A stretch of DNA of 63,659 nt, filler included, from Octopus bimaculoides (lineage: Eukaryota), in the NCBI RefSeq assembly GCF_001194135.2. It is 8 parts of 6 records of this genome, joined end to end, with 100 filler letters (N's around TTAATTAATTAA, not from the genome) between each part and the next. Parts side by side here need not be neighbours in the genome. Positions count along the whole stretch, not along the records: positions 1 to 6,872 come from NC_069002.1; positions 6,973 to 14,902 come from NC_068983.1; 6 more parts are not named here. One strand, written 5' to 3'. Numbering within the stretch: position 1 is the first letter of the stretch; each line of letters opens with the position of its first letter. The translations under genes were made by a program, and so were the position numbers. Positions 1-11,214 of this stretch are shown here, one piece after another. The notes beneath the pieces were generated by a model that made no database searches, was not told where the DNA came from, and saw nothing but the letters and a program-made list of their open reading frames with translations.

Positions 1-240
1 ATATGTGTGTGTGCGTTTTGTGTCTGTGTTTGTCCACTCCCGCATCGACTGACAACCGGTGTTGGTGTGTTTATATCTCTGTAACTTAGCGCTTCGACTA
101 AAGAGTCCGATAGAACAAGTATCAGGCTTAAAAATAAAAAAAAAGTAATGGGGGTCGATTAGTTCGACTAAAATTCTTCAAGCCGATGCCCCAGGATGAC
201 TGCAGTCGAATGACTGTAACAAGTAAAAGATGGAAGATAA
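1..240 (+). mobile_element. SINE family B, 3' half
   Basis: Same layout as 588-800, 11740-11830 and 13945-14090: TGACAAC-GGTG...GTAACTTAGCG..CGATAGAA.AAGTA.CAG..GGGGTCGAT..TTCGACT, then tail ...CATG/GATG..GCAGTC..TGACTG.AACAAGTAAAAGA. Confidence 0.7.
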
Positions 241-587
241 TGACAACAGCTTGGAGTAAGGCGAAATAAAACAATATAAACTGAAACACCTTTCAAAGGG
301 ACACAACAGAATATTTGTATCCGACGCGAAATCACATTCTATGGGTTAACAGCTTCAAACGGAATCCATTCGGTCATACAACATTATTATAGAAAATGGT
401 ATTTTTTTCTTTTAACCGAAATCTCTTCATTACAGTAACACCTTCTCAAAATAAAAGAAACAATTTTGTTGTGTCTTAGGAGGTTCATTACACCAATAAT
501 AACGACACACGCACTGGCTCACTATTACTTCTTCATTGTTAGCAAATTGGCTAAATACCTAACCAACTACAATACTGTGTCTCTAAC

Positions 588-800
588 TTTGTGTTTGTGT
601 TTGTGTTTGTCCTCAATGACCGCTTGACAACAGGTGTTGGTTTGTTTGCATCCCCGTGACGAAGCGGTTCGGCAAAGGGGACAGGTAGATTTAGCACCCG
701 TTTTCAAAAATAATAACAACTGGAGTCGATTCGTTTGACTATAATCCTTCAAGGTGGTGCTCCAGCATGGCCACAGTCCAGCGAGTGAAACAAGTAAATG
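588..800 (+). mobile_element. SINE family B, 3' half
   Basis: Homologous to 1-240; ends AAGGTGGTGCTCCAGCATGGCCACAGTC..GTGAAACAAGTAAA. Confidence 0.7.
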
Positions 801-1320
801 GTCTAAGGTAAGGAAAAACGTATCACTTCAATCGATTTCTTGACTGATTCCAATAATTTGAACTCTGCCAATTTTTGAATAATGCAATACACAGCAAAGC
901 AACGTAGTTTTGATTTTTGGCAATCTTCTTGGCTTTGTAATAAATCATTCTGTTAATAATCGGTAATTTAGTAAGGTTAGGTAATGGTCTCGACCTAAGA
1001 ATTCTCTACCATAACATTAATGCAACGACGAGTGAAGTTCATAGGAATTTCTCCAAGGAACACGAGTTACACAACATAAATTTGATACAAAAGACAAAGC
1101 GAAACGAATGACGACACTTGGTGTGTCCAGTAACACAGCCTTGCTTGGCTTCACACACATTCACACGAATACACACACATATACGCACACACAGACACAA
1201 ACACACACATATAGATACATCCCACCCGCTAAAAGTTACAGCTTTTGACGAAAAAGCTGTAACTAAACACTGCATGATAATTTATTCAATATTTTACTGT
1301 TTCAGACATCTTCTTGTCGG

Positions 1321-1322
<2 letters not shown>

Positions 1323-1376
<54 letters not shown>
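1323..1376 (+). repeat. (TAA)n microsatellite, 5' flank of a Dong-like insertion
   Basis: Perfect TAA run directly abutting the truncated coding sequence at 1377. Confidence 0.98.
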
Positions 1377-1947
1377 GAGCTGGGACCTACATACACTGCA
1401 AGCTATGCCAACACTATGAAATAACAATAGAAAAAAGATGGTATAGGCACACGCCAGTAAAGGTCACAGAAAACGAGAAAGCAACCATACTCTGGGATAT
1501 GCCAATACAGACAGATAGAGAAATTAAGGCCAATAGGCCAGATATAGTTGTCAGAGATCACGAAGAAAAAAAGATGCTTTCTAATTGATGTATCAATACC
1601 AGCAGATGACAGCGTTTCTCTAAAAGAAATGGAGAAACTTTCAAAATATAAAGACCTGGAAATAGAGGTAAATCGAATGTGGAATCTAAAAACAGAAACA
1701 ATTCCTATCATTGTGGGTGCATTAGGTATGATAAAAAAATATTCAGACAAATACATAACAAAAACACCAGGACTTACAAATATATATAACATACAGAAAA
1801 TTGAACTACTGGGCACTGCACACATCCTACGCAAAACACTTTCAATACAGTAACCATAAGAGCATCACAGCAAACCACAGCACATACCCAAGGCACACAG
1901 AACTGCGCTCAGTAGTGAAGTGAAAGCGCGTTATAAAAATGAAACTA

Positions 1948-1950
<3 letters not shown>
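1377..1950 (+). mobile_element. 5'-truncated R4/Dong-like non-LTR retrotransposon (RLE endonuclease C-terminus plus 3' UTR), subfamily 1
   Basis: Overlapping ORFs 1118-1588 and 1548-1853 join via one frameshift into WYRHTP..VTENEKATILWDMPIQTDREIKANRPDIVV..CFLIDVSIP..KEMEKLSKYKDLEIE..W..IPIIVGALG..LGTAHILRK, the PD-(D/E)xK restriction-like endonuclease of R4/Dong elements. (TAA)n on both sides. Confidence 0.9.
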
Positions 1951-2009
<59 letters not shown>

Positions 2010-2010
<1 letters not shown>

Positions 2011-2230
2011 GAATTTGGAGCATGCGAACAGTAAAAGTCGTGCCTATAATAATTGGTGCGTTGGGAACAGTAAACCAAGATATAGAGAAATGGTTGAAGG
2101 AGATTGAAATAGAAAGCCCGGTAGAGCTCCTGCAGAAAGTTGCCTCTTAAGGACAGCAAGGATTATCAGGAGATGGGTGTTTCGTTCTAAGTACTTGAAA
2201 GGCTGCTGAAAACGTGTGGACACCTAATAC
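2010..2230 (+). mobile_element. Short 5'-truncated Dong-like fragment, a different subfamily
   Basis: Starts right after (TAA)n 1951-2009 and reads RIWSMRTVKVVPIIIGALGTVNQDIEKWLKEIEIESPVELLQK, then a frameshifted GTARII; same RLE C-terminus with diverged sequence. Confidence 0.75.
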
Positions 2231-2273
2231 TATAAATCCTACCGATATAAATCCTACCGATATAAATCCTACC
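2231..2273. repeat. 15-bp tandem repeat, about 3 copies
   Basis: TATAAATCCTACCGA x2 plus TATAAATCCTACC. Confidence 0.9.
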
Positions 2274-2309
2274 AGGAATAAGATCAAACCTGAGCTTTGT
2301 TTCAATTTA

Positions 2310-2734
2310 GATGCAGTACCAGGCAGTAGCTCTCATGTCTTTTGATCTTAACTGATTGGAAGTGTTATAGTAAATAATCTGCTCAATACCACAGATTTGC
2401 TTGTCAGTTGTTTGACCATAACAAGTTGAGTATGTCCATTAGTGGCTGACGATATGTGCATCTCTGATTATGAGCAGAAGTAGTGGGGGAACAAACCCTT
2501 ATTCAGAGACCTTTTGAGCGGGATGGGCTGCGCAACCTGAAAAATTTTTCAACTTGGCCCCATCTGCAAGGTCATGCATTGCTTATCTTGATATGAGATC
2601 ACCATGTCACGCACATATGGTTGTGATGCATGTGACTGGTGTACCCTTATCAGACGGGTAGTCATGATGGGTATAATGGGCTTCGTATATTTTACCCCCG
2701 TGTCACTTTGATGGCATGCACTGCTCTCACACTC
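2310..2734 (+). mobile_element. Non-coding interspersed element ending in (TAA)n
   Basis: Second, differently deleted copy at 53234-53417; both end CTCTC(T/A)CACTC-(AAT)n. Confidence 0.75.

Positions 2735-2820
<86 letters not shown>
2735..2820 (+). repeat. (TAA)n microsatellite
   Basis: Near-perfect TAA run. Confidence 0.98.
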
Positions 2821-2823
2821 TAA

Positions 2824-2879
2824 ACAGAGCTGCGCTCGGTAGTGAAGTGAAAGCACGTTATAAAAATAAAACTACTGAA
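2824..2879 (+). mobile_element. Very short 3'-terminal stub of Dong-like subfamily 1
   Basis: ACAGAGCTGCGCTCGGTAGTGAAGTGAAAGCACGTTATAAAAATAAAACTACTGAA closely matches 1896-1952; lies between two TAA runs. Confidence 0.85.
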
Positions 2880-2900
2880 CAATAATAATAATGATAATAA

Positions 2901-4800
2901 TCATGATGTATTTTATGTAGTTTGTTCTTAGTGCTTGCTCTTGGGCAGCACAGATTAGAGCTTCCTTTTCCAGTTTTAAATCACTTTTAGTCATCTACAG
3001 CCATCTTTTTTCTCTGTGTGTCTTATATTCAGCATCCCTATGAAATTGACAATGCATTCTTTTCTTTACCCACCTATTTTCAGTTTCATTCGTTTTCAAT
3101 TTCTTGTATAGTGCTTTATCTTTGCAATCTTTCATCCTACACAAGCCTGACCTTCTTCTAATAATAGCAGATCTGTGACATTTTTTACATACCATGCTAT
3201 GTTGCTTTCTTCTGCTCTAATGCTGTGTTCGCATCCAATCAGTCCTCTTCCCTTCTTTTTCCTGGTACATACAAGTCTGTCTGTGTCACTTTTTGGGTGG
3301 AGTGACCCATATCTAGTCAAAAACTTCCTTGTCTTTCTGTCTAAGCTGTGTAGTTCGTCTACTGTCCATGTGATTACCCCTGCTCCATATATGAGGAGTG
3401 AAACCGTCCAGGTGTTGGTAGCTTCTATCTTATTCCGTCCATTTAATTTCAACTTTAAGATCAGTCTCTGTCTACGCAAGTACTCCACCTTAAATTTTTC
3501 TGCCATTTCTTTCTCCATCAATTTATCCATTTCCCAAATCCCTAAGTACTTATAGCCCGTCTCTTCTATCTGCTTTATAACCTCCCCCGACGGTATCGTT
3601 AGCCCGTCCATACATTTGATTTTGCCTCTCTTCAAGACTAACACACCACACTTTCTCAGTCCGAACTCCATTTCGACATCAGCACTGAAAGTATACATCG
3701 TATTAACGAGGGAACTGACTTGGGCTTCATCTTTACCATAAAGTTTGAAGTCATCCATGAATAACAAATGGTTGACTTTTTGTTGGCGGCTTTTGAATAC
3801 ATACCCAGCTTTTGCTTTCCTCAGAATCAGTGTTAGTGGTATCAAGCACAGTAAAAAGATCAGTGAGAACAGGCAGTCCCTTTGGAAGATGCCGCTCCTA
3901 ATTTCTACTGTCCCTAAGCTTCTTATGTATGCTGTCAGGTCCGTCCTCCAATTCGCCATACTTTTTCCAAGTAATCGATCAACATTCGATGCAATACCAA
4001 ATAGGTTCATACACACCATGATCCAAGAATATGGGATCATATCGTACGCCTTACGATAGTCGATCCATGACATGACTAAGTTACTTTTCCTCTTCTTGCA
4101 CTCTAAGTACAGTTTTGTCTGTCAGGAGTTGATCCTTGGTACCTCTGCACTTACGCTTGCAACCTTTCTGCTCATGTGGCAGGACTTCATTTTTCCCCAG
4201 ATGTCCATACATTGACTCTGCGACTATTCCAGTCAATAATTTCCACATAAGTGGCAAGCATGATGTTGGCCTCTGATTGTCTACTGTATTGCCTCTTTCG
4301 ATGTTTTTCAAGCACAGCACTGTCCTACCAATTGTCAACTACTCTGGTGTTACTTGGTCGGCATTTAACAAGGTGTTAAGTTGTGCAACTATTCATGCAT
4401 GACATTCACCAAACCTTTTGATCCAGTAGCCTTGAACTCCATTTGGTCCCGGGGCCTTCCAGTTGCCCATTTTTTTGCTGATTTCCTTCACTTCCCTAAC
4501 TAAAAGGACTAGCTCTGCCTGTTTTGGACAGACTACTGTTTGTTTCAGTTCTTGCAACAATTCAACATCCTTCTTGTGCTCCTTGTCTTTGCTCTACATG
4601 TCACTCCAATACCTTTAACTTTCAATGTTATCTGGTATCAACTTTTCATCTGTACACTCTCCATTTATTTCTTTATAGAATCTCTTCCGATCTACTCTGA
4701 ATAACCTATTCTGGTGGTAACCCTTCATCCTTTGGTCGTATCTTACCATCTTTTCTTTGTTCAGTTCCTCAGCTACTACTTTCAAGCCCTTTCTTTCAAT
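2901..4800 (-). mobile_element. R4/Dong-like reverse transcriptase segment (disrupted), inverted relative to the adjacent 3' part
   Basis: ORF 3132-4073 has IDYRKAYD, GIFQRD-LFS and FMDD (3750-3761). Upstream frames give [26 protein letters not shown] and [13 protein letters not shown]. The downstream end reads EALICAAQEQALRTNYIKY. Several stops and frameshifts. Confidence 0.92.
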
Positions 4801-5429
4801 GGACAAAACGGTGAAACTGTATGGCATATTACCAGCCACTGTAGGCCACTAGCTCAGAATGAATATAAGAGACGCCACGACAATATAGCAAGGCTTGTCC
4901 ATTGAACACGTTGCCACAAGTATGGACTTGACAGAGCAAAAAATTGGTACTACCACAAACCTGAAGGCATCGTCGAAAATGGAAATGCAAAGATCCTATG
5001 GGATTTTATGATTCAGTGCAACCATATGAGATAGATAATAGGAAGCTGGACATAGTCTTAATTGAAAAAGAAAACAAACTATGCTGGATCATAGATATAG
5101 TATGCCCAGCTAACAAGGTATAGGATAAGGAAGAAAGAAGAGTCGAGAGATATGACGGGTTAGCTTGGAAAGTTAAGCAGTTGTGGTCGATGAAAAAGGT
5201 AGCAGTAGTACCAATAATTATCGGAGCCCTGGAAACAGTGAGCAAAAATTTCGAGAAGTACGCGGAACAAATAGGGGTTGCAATAAGGGTGGAGCATTTG
5301 CAGAAAACAGCTTGGAACCGCTCGAATACTCCTGAAGGTGATCGAAAAATAAGTGGTGTTACCTTAGTCCACTGGTAGTGAACAGCTGACACCATAGTAC
5401 ATCTCCAGCGTTAGAAGCTTTGCAAAGGC

Positions 5430-5430
<1 letters not shown>
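4800..5430 (+). mobile_element. R4/Dong-like 3' segment: second half of CCHC knuckle, RLE endonuclease and 3' UTR
   Basis: GQNGETVWHITSHCRPLAQNEYKRRHDNIAR..WYYHKPEGIVEN..KILWDF..DIVLIEK..IDI..W..VVPIIIGAL; followed by (TAA)n. Confidence 0.9.
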
Positions 5431-5492
<62 letters not shown>

Positions 5493-5496
5493 AATG

Positions 5497-5523
<27 letters not shown>
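5430..5523 (+). repeat. Compound (TAA)n/(TGA)n microsatellite
   Basis: Direct reading. Confidence 0.97.
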
Positions 5524-5527
<4 letters not shown>

Positions 5528-5970
5528 AAGAAAATACTTGTAGATTAATAGACGTAAGTGTTCCCACTGGTAAAAATATATCTGTAAAGGAATTTGACAA
5601 ATTAAGTAAATATAAGGATCTGGAAATTGAAACACAAAAGATGTGACATCTTAAAGCAAGTGCTGTTCCTGAAATTGTAGGTGTCCTAGGTAAGATAAAA
5701 AGGGATGTCAGAAACATTTAGACAACATCCCAGGATAGCCATGTCTCAGAGAAATCCAAATGATAGTACTAACAGGTACTGCCCACATCCTCAGAAAAAC
5801 CCTATCAATTTAGATGTCTGTTGTAATATATGAAGATATTTCGCTACTGCCCCTGCCACTTCCCCTCCCTCAGCTTTCAGTCACATTGTAACACCTCTTA
5901 TCCTTCACTCACCCTAGGACGCTGGATGTGTCTCGGTGAATGATTGTAACAAACATGCAGACTGAAAGTT
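5524..5970 (+). mobile_element. 5'-truncated Dong-like fragment, a further subfamily
   Basis: KENTCRLIDVSVP..SVKEFDKLSKYKDLEIE..M*HLK..VP..VG..LTGTAHILRKTLSI*, with a distinct 3' UTR; (TAA)n on both sides. Confidence 0.85.
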
Positions 5971-6243
5971 AATAATAATAATAATAATAATAATAAACTA
6001 GCGTGCCCGTAGAAATTCCATAGTGTTAGCACATTTTAAAACATTATGTTATTATATTAAACATAAGCAAGGAGTTTAAAAAAAGATCTTTTGAAATTTT
6101 GCCATTTAATCAAAACTGTAGTTTCAAATATAATCGAAAAGAACTTAGAAGAGATTGCTTATTTTCTTTCTTTTAATATGTTTGACAGCTATGATGTACT
6201 CTATAGTTTAAGGAAATAAAAGATGAATTAAACCGATAAAACT

Positions 6244-6291
<48 letters not shown>

Positions 6292-6441
6292 CGCTTTTCA
6301 CTGTCCAACTACTACCAAGTTAATTACCAACTGAGATTATTTTCATTTCTTTTCATTTCAGTTCACCTACATATCTATTTGGGTATCTATTAATATTTCT
6401 CTCTATCTGCATATCTGGTGATATGCAGATATCACCTATCG

Positions 6442-6477
<36 letters not shown>

Positions 6478-6584
6478 ATTTATTTGTCTGTCTCTCTGTC
6501 TGTCTGTCTAACAAGCTAGCTGTCATATCTACGTTCTCTGCTGTATCTCTCTACTCTCATAATTTTTTCGTCCTTTTTTTAGTC

Positions 6585-6850
6585 AGGCTCATGGGCCCGG
6601 TTTCCCGGTTTCTATGGCGTATGTGTTCCCCCCAGTTCGACGGGATGCCATTCCATCGCAGCGTTACTCAAGAAACAGGAAGGAAGAGTGAGAGAAAGTT
6701 GGAGCGAAAGAGTACAACAGGGATCGCCACCACCCCTTGCCGAATCACGTGGAGCTTTAGGTGTTTTCGCTCAATAAACACTCACAACGCCCGCTCTGGG
6801 AATCGAAACCGCGAGTACGCTGCCCTAACCATTGGCCCATTCCGCCTCCA
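6585..6850 (-). mobile_element. SINE family C (tRNA-like head)
   Basis: Minus strand begins GGAGGCGGAATGGCCCAATGGTTAGGGCAGCG..GGTTTCGATTCCCAG (A-box and B-box like); homologous to 24660-24937 and 32775-32937. Confidence 0.85.
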
Positions 6851-6872
6851 TTCACCCAGTCCATCGCAGCGT

Positions 6873-6972
6873 NNNNNNNNNNNNNNNNNNNNNNNNNNNN
6901 NNNNNNNNNNNNNNNNTTAATTAATTAANNNNNNNNNNNNNNNNNNNNNNNNNNNNNNNNNNNNNNNNNNNN
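6873..6972. other. Artificial scaffold-join spacer
   Basis: 44 N + TTAATTAATTAA (stop codon in all six frames) + 44 N = 100 bp. Confidence 0.97.
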
Positions 6973-7297
6973 ACATGCATATGTATACATATAGAGATGT
7001 GTATGTGTACATAAATATGTATATGTGGTATATGTATACCTGTACTTGAAATCATATTTGAAAATATTAATAGTAAGACGCTTTCACACAAACAATGCTT
7101 TAATAGAGACTCTGCCTTTTATTAACAGGGTAAGCATTTGTTGTTGTTTTATGTTTTTGCATGAAGCAAGTGAAATTTTGGCCAAATAGATTAAAATTGA
7201 ACGGTTAACCTACTGAAAGAGTTTTTAGAATATCTGTAAGAAAATATTTCGTGTTGCTGAAAACATGTTTAGTGGTTGCCATCTATTCCTTGTACGG

Positions 7298-7828
7298 AAA
7301 CTGTAGTACTCGATTGGGGAATATTTTAATATTGATTGTATGATGGGCAAATTTCAATCCAGAGTTATTTAAAATAGCAAGGTGATTTTGAAGCAAAGCC
7401 ACAATTTAGTCTGAGGAGGAAGTCATTTGCATCACACCACCGTGCACAACTTATACTAATTTTATCGTCCTCGAAGGAAGGGACGAAAAGCAAAAGTCGA
7501 TCTTGGTTGCATATGAACTCAAAAACGTAAAACAGAAAGAAATGTGTTAAGCATTTTGTCCAGCATGCCATTTCGCTGCTGTTGACATGATTAAGTGTTG
7601 TAATAATTTTGCTTTCACATTACTGATCTAACAATTGTTAACGGCCCCACGATGAAAGGAAAGTGACTATTTTATCCTAATTTTCGGTAATGAAATTGTA
7701 AAGTGAGAGACTAAAGATTATTGTGTTTTTTTTTTCAAAATCACCTCTTTATTTCAAATAATTCTGGATTGAAATTTGCCCATCATACAGTCAATACTAA
7801 AATGTTCCCCAATCGAGTACTACAGTTT
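7298..7828. mobile_element. MITE-like element with about 95-bp terminal inverted repeats
   Basis: 7298-7392 (AAACTGTAGTACTCGATTGGGGAA...GGTGATTTTGAA) is the near reverse complement of 7734-7828. Confidence 0.8.
7395..7575 (-). mobile_element. Diverged SINE family A copy nested in the MITE
   Basis: TTTTATCG..GGA.GAAAG.AAAAGTCGA..GAACTC..AACGTAAA..TAAGCATTTTGTCC matches family A. Confidence 0.7.
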
Positions 7829-8546
7829 GTTTTTTGATCAACTGTATCTATGAATCGAATACGCTTATGTTATAAGCGATACAAAAATTTTATTAGTAAT
7901 ACATGTAATACAATGCATTTTAGAAAATGGTTGCATGCAATTTGAGTGTGTTTGCCGGGCTTACTACTTTTAGGGATATATAGGCATCACCGTTAACTCG
8001 TTGCAGTTATTTTAATTATAGATATTGTTTGAATAAAAGCAGCGGCAACAGCAGGGTTAGCAGTAATTGCAGCTTTAATACAGAGGATTTTAGATGGAGT
8101 TACAGCAGTTATTTCCACGTGTAACACTGTGAAATGGAGAAGAAAAATAAATAAAAAAAAACAACCAAAAATAAAGACCACAAAAACAAGAATGAAAATT
8201 AATGTTTTGTTTTTATTAGCCTTTTACTGTGTGGTTGTTAGAGCTATAAACGTTTTGATTTGATCAGAGAGAGATTAGAAAATCCAATATTTTCCAATCA
8301 ATTATGTTTACGTGTTTCAAAAGCTGAATAAACACTCTAGAAGTATTTGTTTTCATTTCGTTTCTTTCATTTTTTTTTATGCATTTCCCTCTTACTATAA
8401 TTAACTTTGTCTTGCTTATAATATGGTTTTATGTGTACATATATACATACATTTTATATATTTTATTGCATTTGCATTTATTTTCTACAATATATATTTA
8501 TATTTATATGTATGTATATATGTAAGCAATAGCAATTGCAAATTTA

Positions 8547-8584
<38 letters not shown>

Positions 8585-9000
8585 NNNNNNNNNNNNNNNN
8601 NNNNNNNNNNNNNNNNNNNNNNNNNNNNNNNNNNNNNNNNNNNNNNNNNNNNNNNNNNNNNNNNNNNNNNNNNNNNNNNNNNNNNNNNNNNNNNNNNNNN
8701 NNNNNNNNNNNNNNNNNNNNNNNNNNNNNNNNNNNNNNNNNNNNNNNNNNNNNNNNNNNNNNNNNNNNNNNNNNNNNNNNNNNNNNNNNNNNNNNNNNNN
8801 NNNNNNNNNNNNNNNNNNNNNNNNNNNNNNNNNNNNNNNNNNNNNNNNNNNNNNNNNNNNNNNNNNNNNNNNNNNNNNNNNNNNNNNNNNNNNNNNNNNN
8901 NNNNNNNNNNNNNNNNNNNNNNNNNNNNNNNNNNNNNNNNNNNNNNNNNNNNNNNNNNNNNNNNNNNNNNNNNNNNNNNNNNNNNNNNNNNNNNNNNNNN

Positions 9001-9046
<46 letters not shown>

Positions 9047-9169
9047 AGACGTGTATACACATTCACACAAATACAGATATGTGCCTGCGTGTGTGAAATG
9101 GCTTGGAGAATACTGTGTTCTTAATACTTGTATTAGAATATGTGTTTTTGTTTCTATAAAACATACGTA

Positions 9170-9490
9170 ATATAACGTAATGTTTCACTTGGTCGATCAT
9201 GTGAAGTGCCTACTTATTGAATAACTGTCTAAGTGGCTGAGTATCCCATACACAAATATGTAGTTAACAGAAATCTAAGCCAGAATCTGCGTGATACAAT
9301 GTGAAACACAAGTACACTTCAAATAGTGGAATAACTTCTGACAAATCTCTATCGAGCATGTCTAGATTTTTTTTCTCTCTCACGTGTCTATCACACGTTA
9401 TAATTGTAGTGTGATGAAAAGAATATTTACTGCTGCGTAATATTCTTTTAGAAGTCTGATCAATTTTAACAATCTTTTGCAGAGTATCGG
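9170..9490 (-). mobile_element. Possible Penelope-like element 3' end
   Basis: Minus ORF 9264-9506 (DRHVRE..LDMLDRD.SEV.PLF.VYL) resembles my recollection of the GIY-YIG C-terminus of Penelope elements; similarity is weak. Confidence 0.35.
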
Positions 9491-9652
9491 TTATATTTGT
9501 GTACACACATATATATGCTCACCTTTTCCCTATTTAGAAACAAACGCAAACAAAATGCATAGACACACACACACTTACATACACATACACACATACATAC
9601 ACACATACACACACACTTACACATGTGAAACATTACGTTATATTACGTATGT

Positions 9653-9901
9653 TTTATATTAATAGCCGATTTAGTTAGAATAATGAAAAACATATCCCCC
9701 CTGTGCAGTCCATGGGAGAGGCAAAAACATATTCAAGACTTCATGCATCGCATGCAATTTTCGGGATACAGCCAGAAAGATAGAATCCGGGTATACAGAG
9801 AAGCTAACAAGAAATTTGAGGAGATTGTTGTCAAAGATACAAATGGAACACAACCTAGATACCGTAACAAACAGTGGAATAGACTACAAAGGATTAGTGA
9901 C
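9653..9901 (+). mobile_element. Penelope-like element RT thumb/linker fragment running into a gap
   Basis: In frame ILIADLVRIMKNISPLCSPWERQKHIQDFMHRMQFSGYSQKDR...PRYRNKQW; the R..N.S...W....F...M..SGY...P.YR...W pattern is recalled from PLE RT thumb regions. Confidence 0.55.
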
Positions 9902-10982
9902 NNNNNNNNNNNNNNNNNNNNNNNNNNNNNNNNNNNNNNNNNNNNNNNNNNNNNNNNNNNNNNNNNNNNNNNNNNNNNNNNNNNNNNNNNNNNNNNNNNN
10001 NNNNNNNNNNNNNNNNNNNNNNNNNNNNNNNNNNNNNNNNNNNNNNNNNNNNNNNNNNNNNNNNNNNNNNNNNNNNNNNNNNNNNNNNNNNNNNNNNNNN
10101 NNNNNNNNNNNNNNNNNNNNNNNNNNNNNNNNNNNNNNNNNNNNNNNNNNNNNNNNNNNNNNNNNNNNNNNNNNNNNNNNNNNNNNNNNNNNNNNNNNNN
10201 NNNNNNNNNNNNNNNNNNNNNNNNNNNNNNNNNNNNNNNNNNNNNNNNNNNNNNNNNNNNNNNNNNNNNNNNNNNNNNNNNNNNNNNNNNNNNNNNNNNN
10301 NNNNNNNNNNNNNNNNNNNNNNNNNNNNNNNNNNNNNNNNNNNNNNNNNNNNNNNNNNNNNNNNNNNNNNNNNNNNNNNNNNNNNNNNNNNNNNNNNNNN
10401 NNNNNNNNNNNNNNNNNNNNNNNNNNNNNNNNNNNNNNNNNNNNNNNNNNNNNNNNNNNNNNNNNNNNNNNNNNNNNNNNNNNNNNNNNNNNNNNNNNNN
10501 NNNNNNNNNNNNNNNNNNNNNNNNNNNNNNNNNNNNNNNNNNNNNNNNNNNNNNNNNNNNNNNNNNNNNNNNNNNNNNNNNNNNNNNNNNNNNNNNNNNN
10601 NNNNNNNNNNNNNNNNNNNNNNNNNNNNNNNNNNNNNNNNNNNNNNNNNNNNNNNNNNNNNNNNNNNNNNNNNNNNNNNNNNNNNNNNNNNNNNNNNNNN
10701 NNNNNNNNNNNNNNNNNNNNNNNNNNNNNNNNNNNNNNNNNNNNNNNNNNNNNNNNNNNNNNNNNNNNNNNNNNNNNNNNNNNNNNNNNNNNNNNNNNNN
10801 NNNNNNNNNNNNNNNNNNNNNNNNNNNNNNNNNNNNNNNNNNNNNNNNNNNNNNNNNNNNNNNNNCTGAACCAGTGCGTGTGTTTATTACCGGCATAATG
10901 CCTCTCCCAAGGTTTAATTGTATTTCTTTCAACTCACGTATCCACATCAAGAATCTTGCACACGAAATACACATACGAAATA

Positions 10983-11022
<40 letters not shown>

Positions 11023-11047
11023 CATACACACATATATATATACACAT

Positions 11048-11108
<61 letters not shown>

Positions 11109-11214
11109 TATACAGACATACATATATATATATATATACACACACACATGTATGTATGTATGTATGTATGTATGTATGTATGTATATGTGTGTGTGTTTA
11201 TATACAACTTAGAT

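Noticed and set aside
6917-6928. Palindromic TTAATTAATTAA recurring seven times
   Set aside because: Always centred in exactly 88 N; a synthetic linker, not a binding site or piggyBac target.
9170-9210. TGATCGA..GAAAC near the putative PLE end
   Set aside because: Core is non-canonical and there is no stem II pairing.
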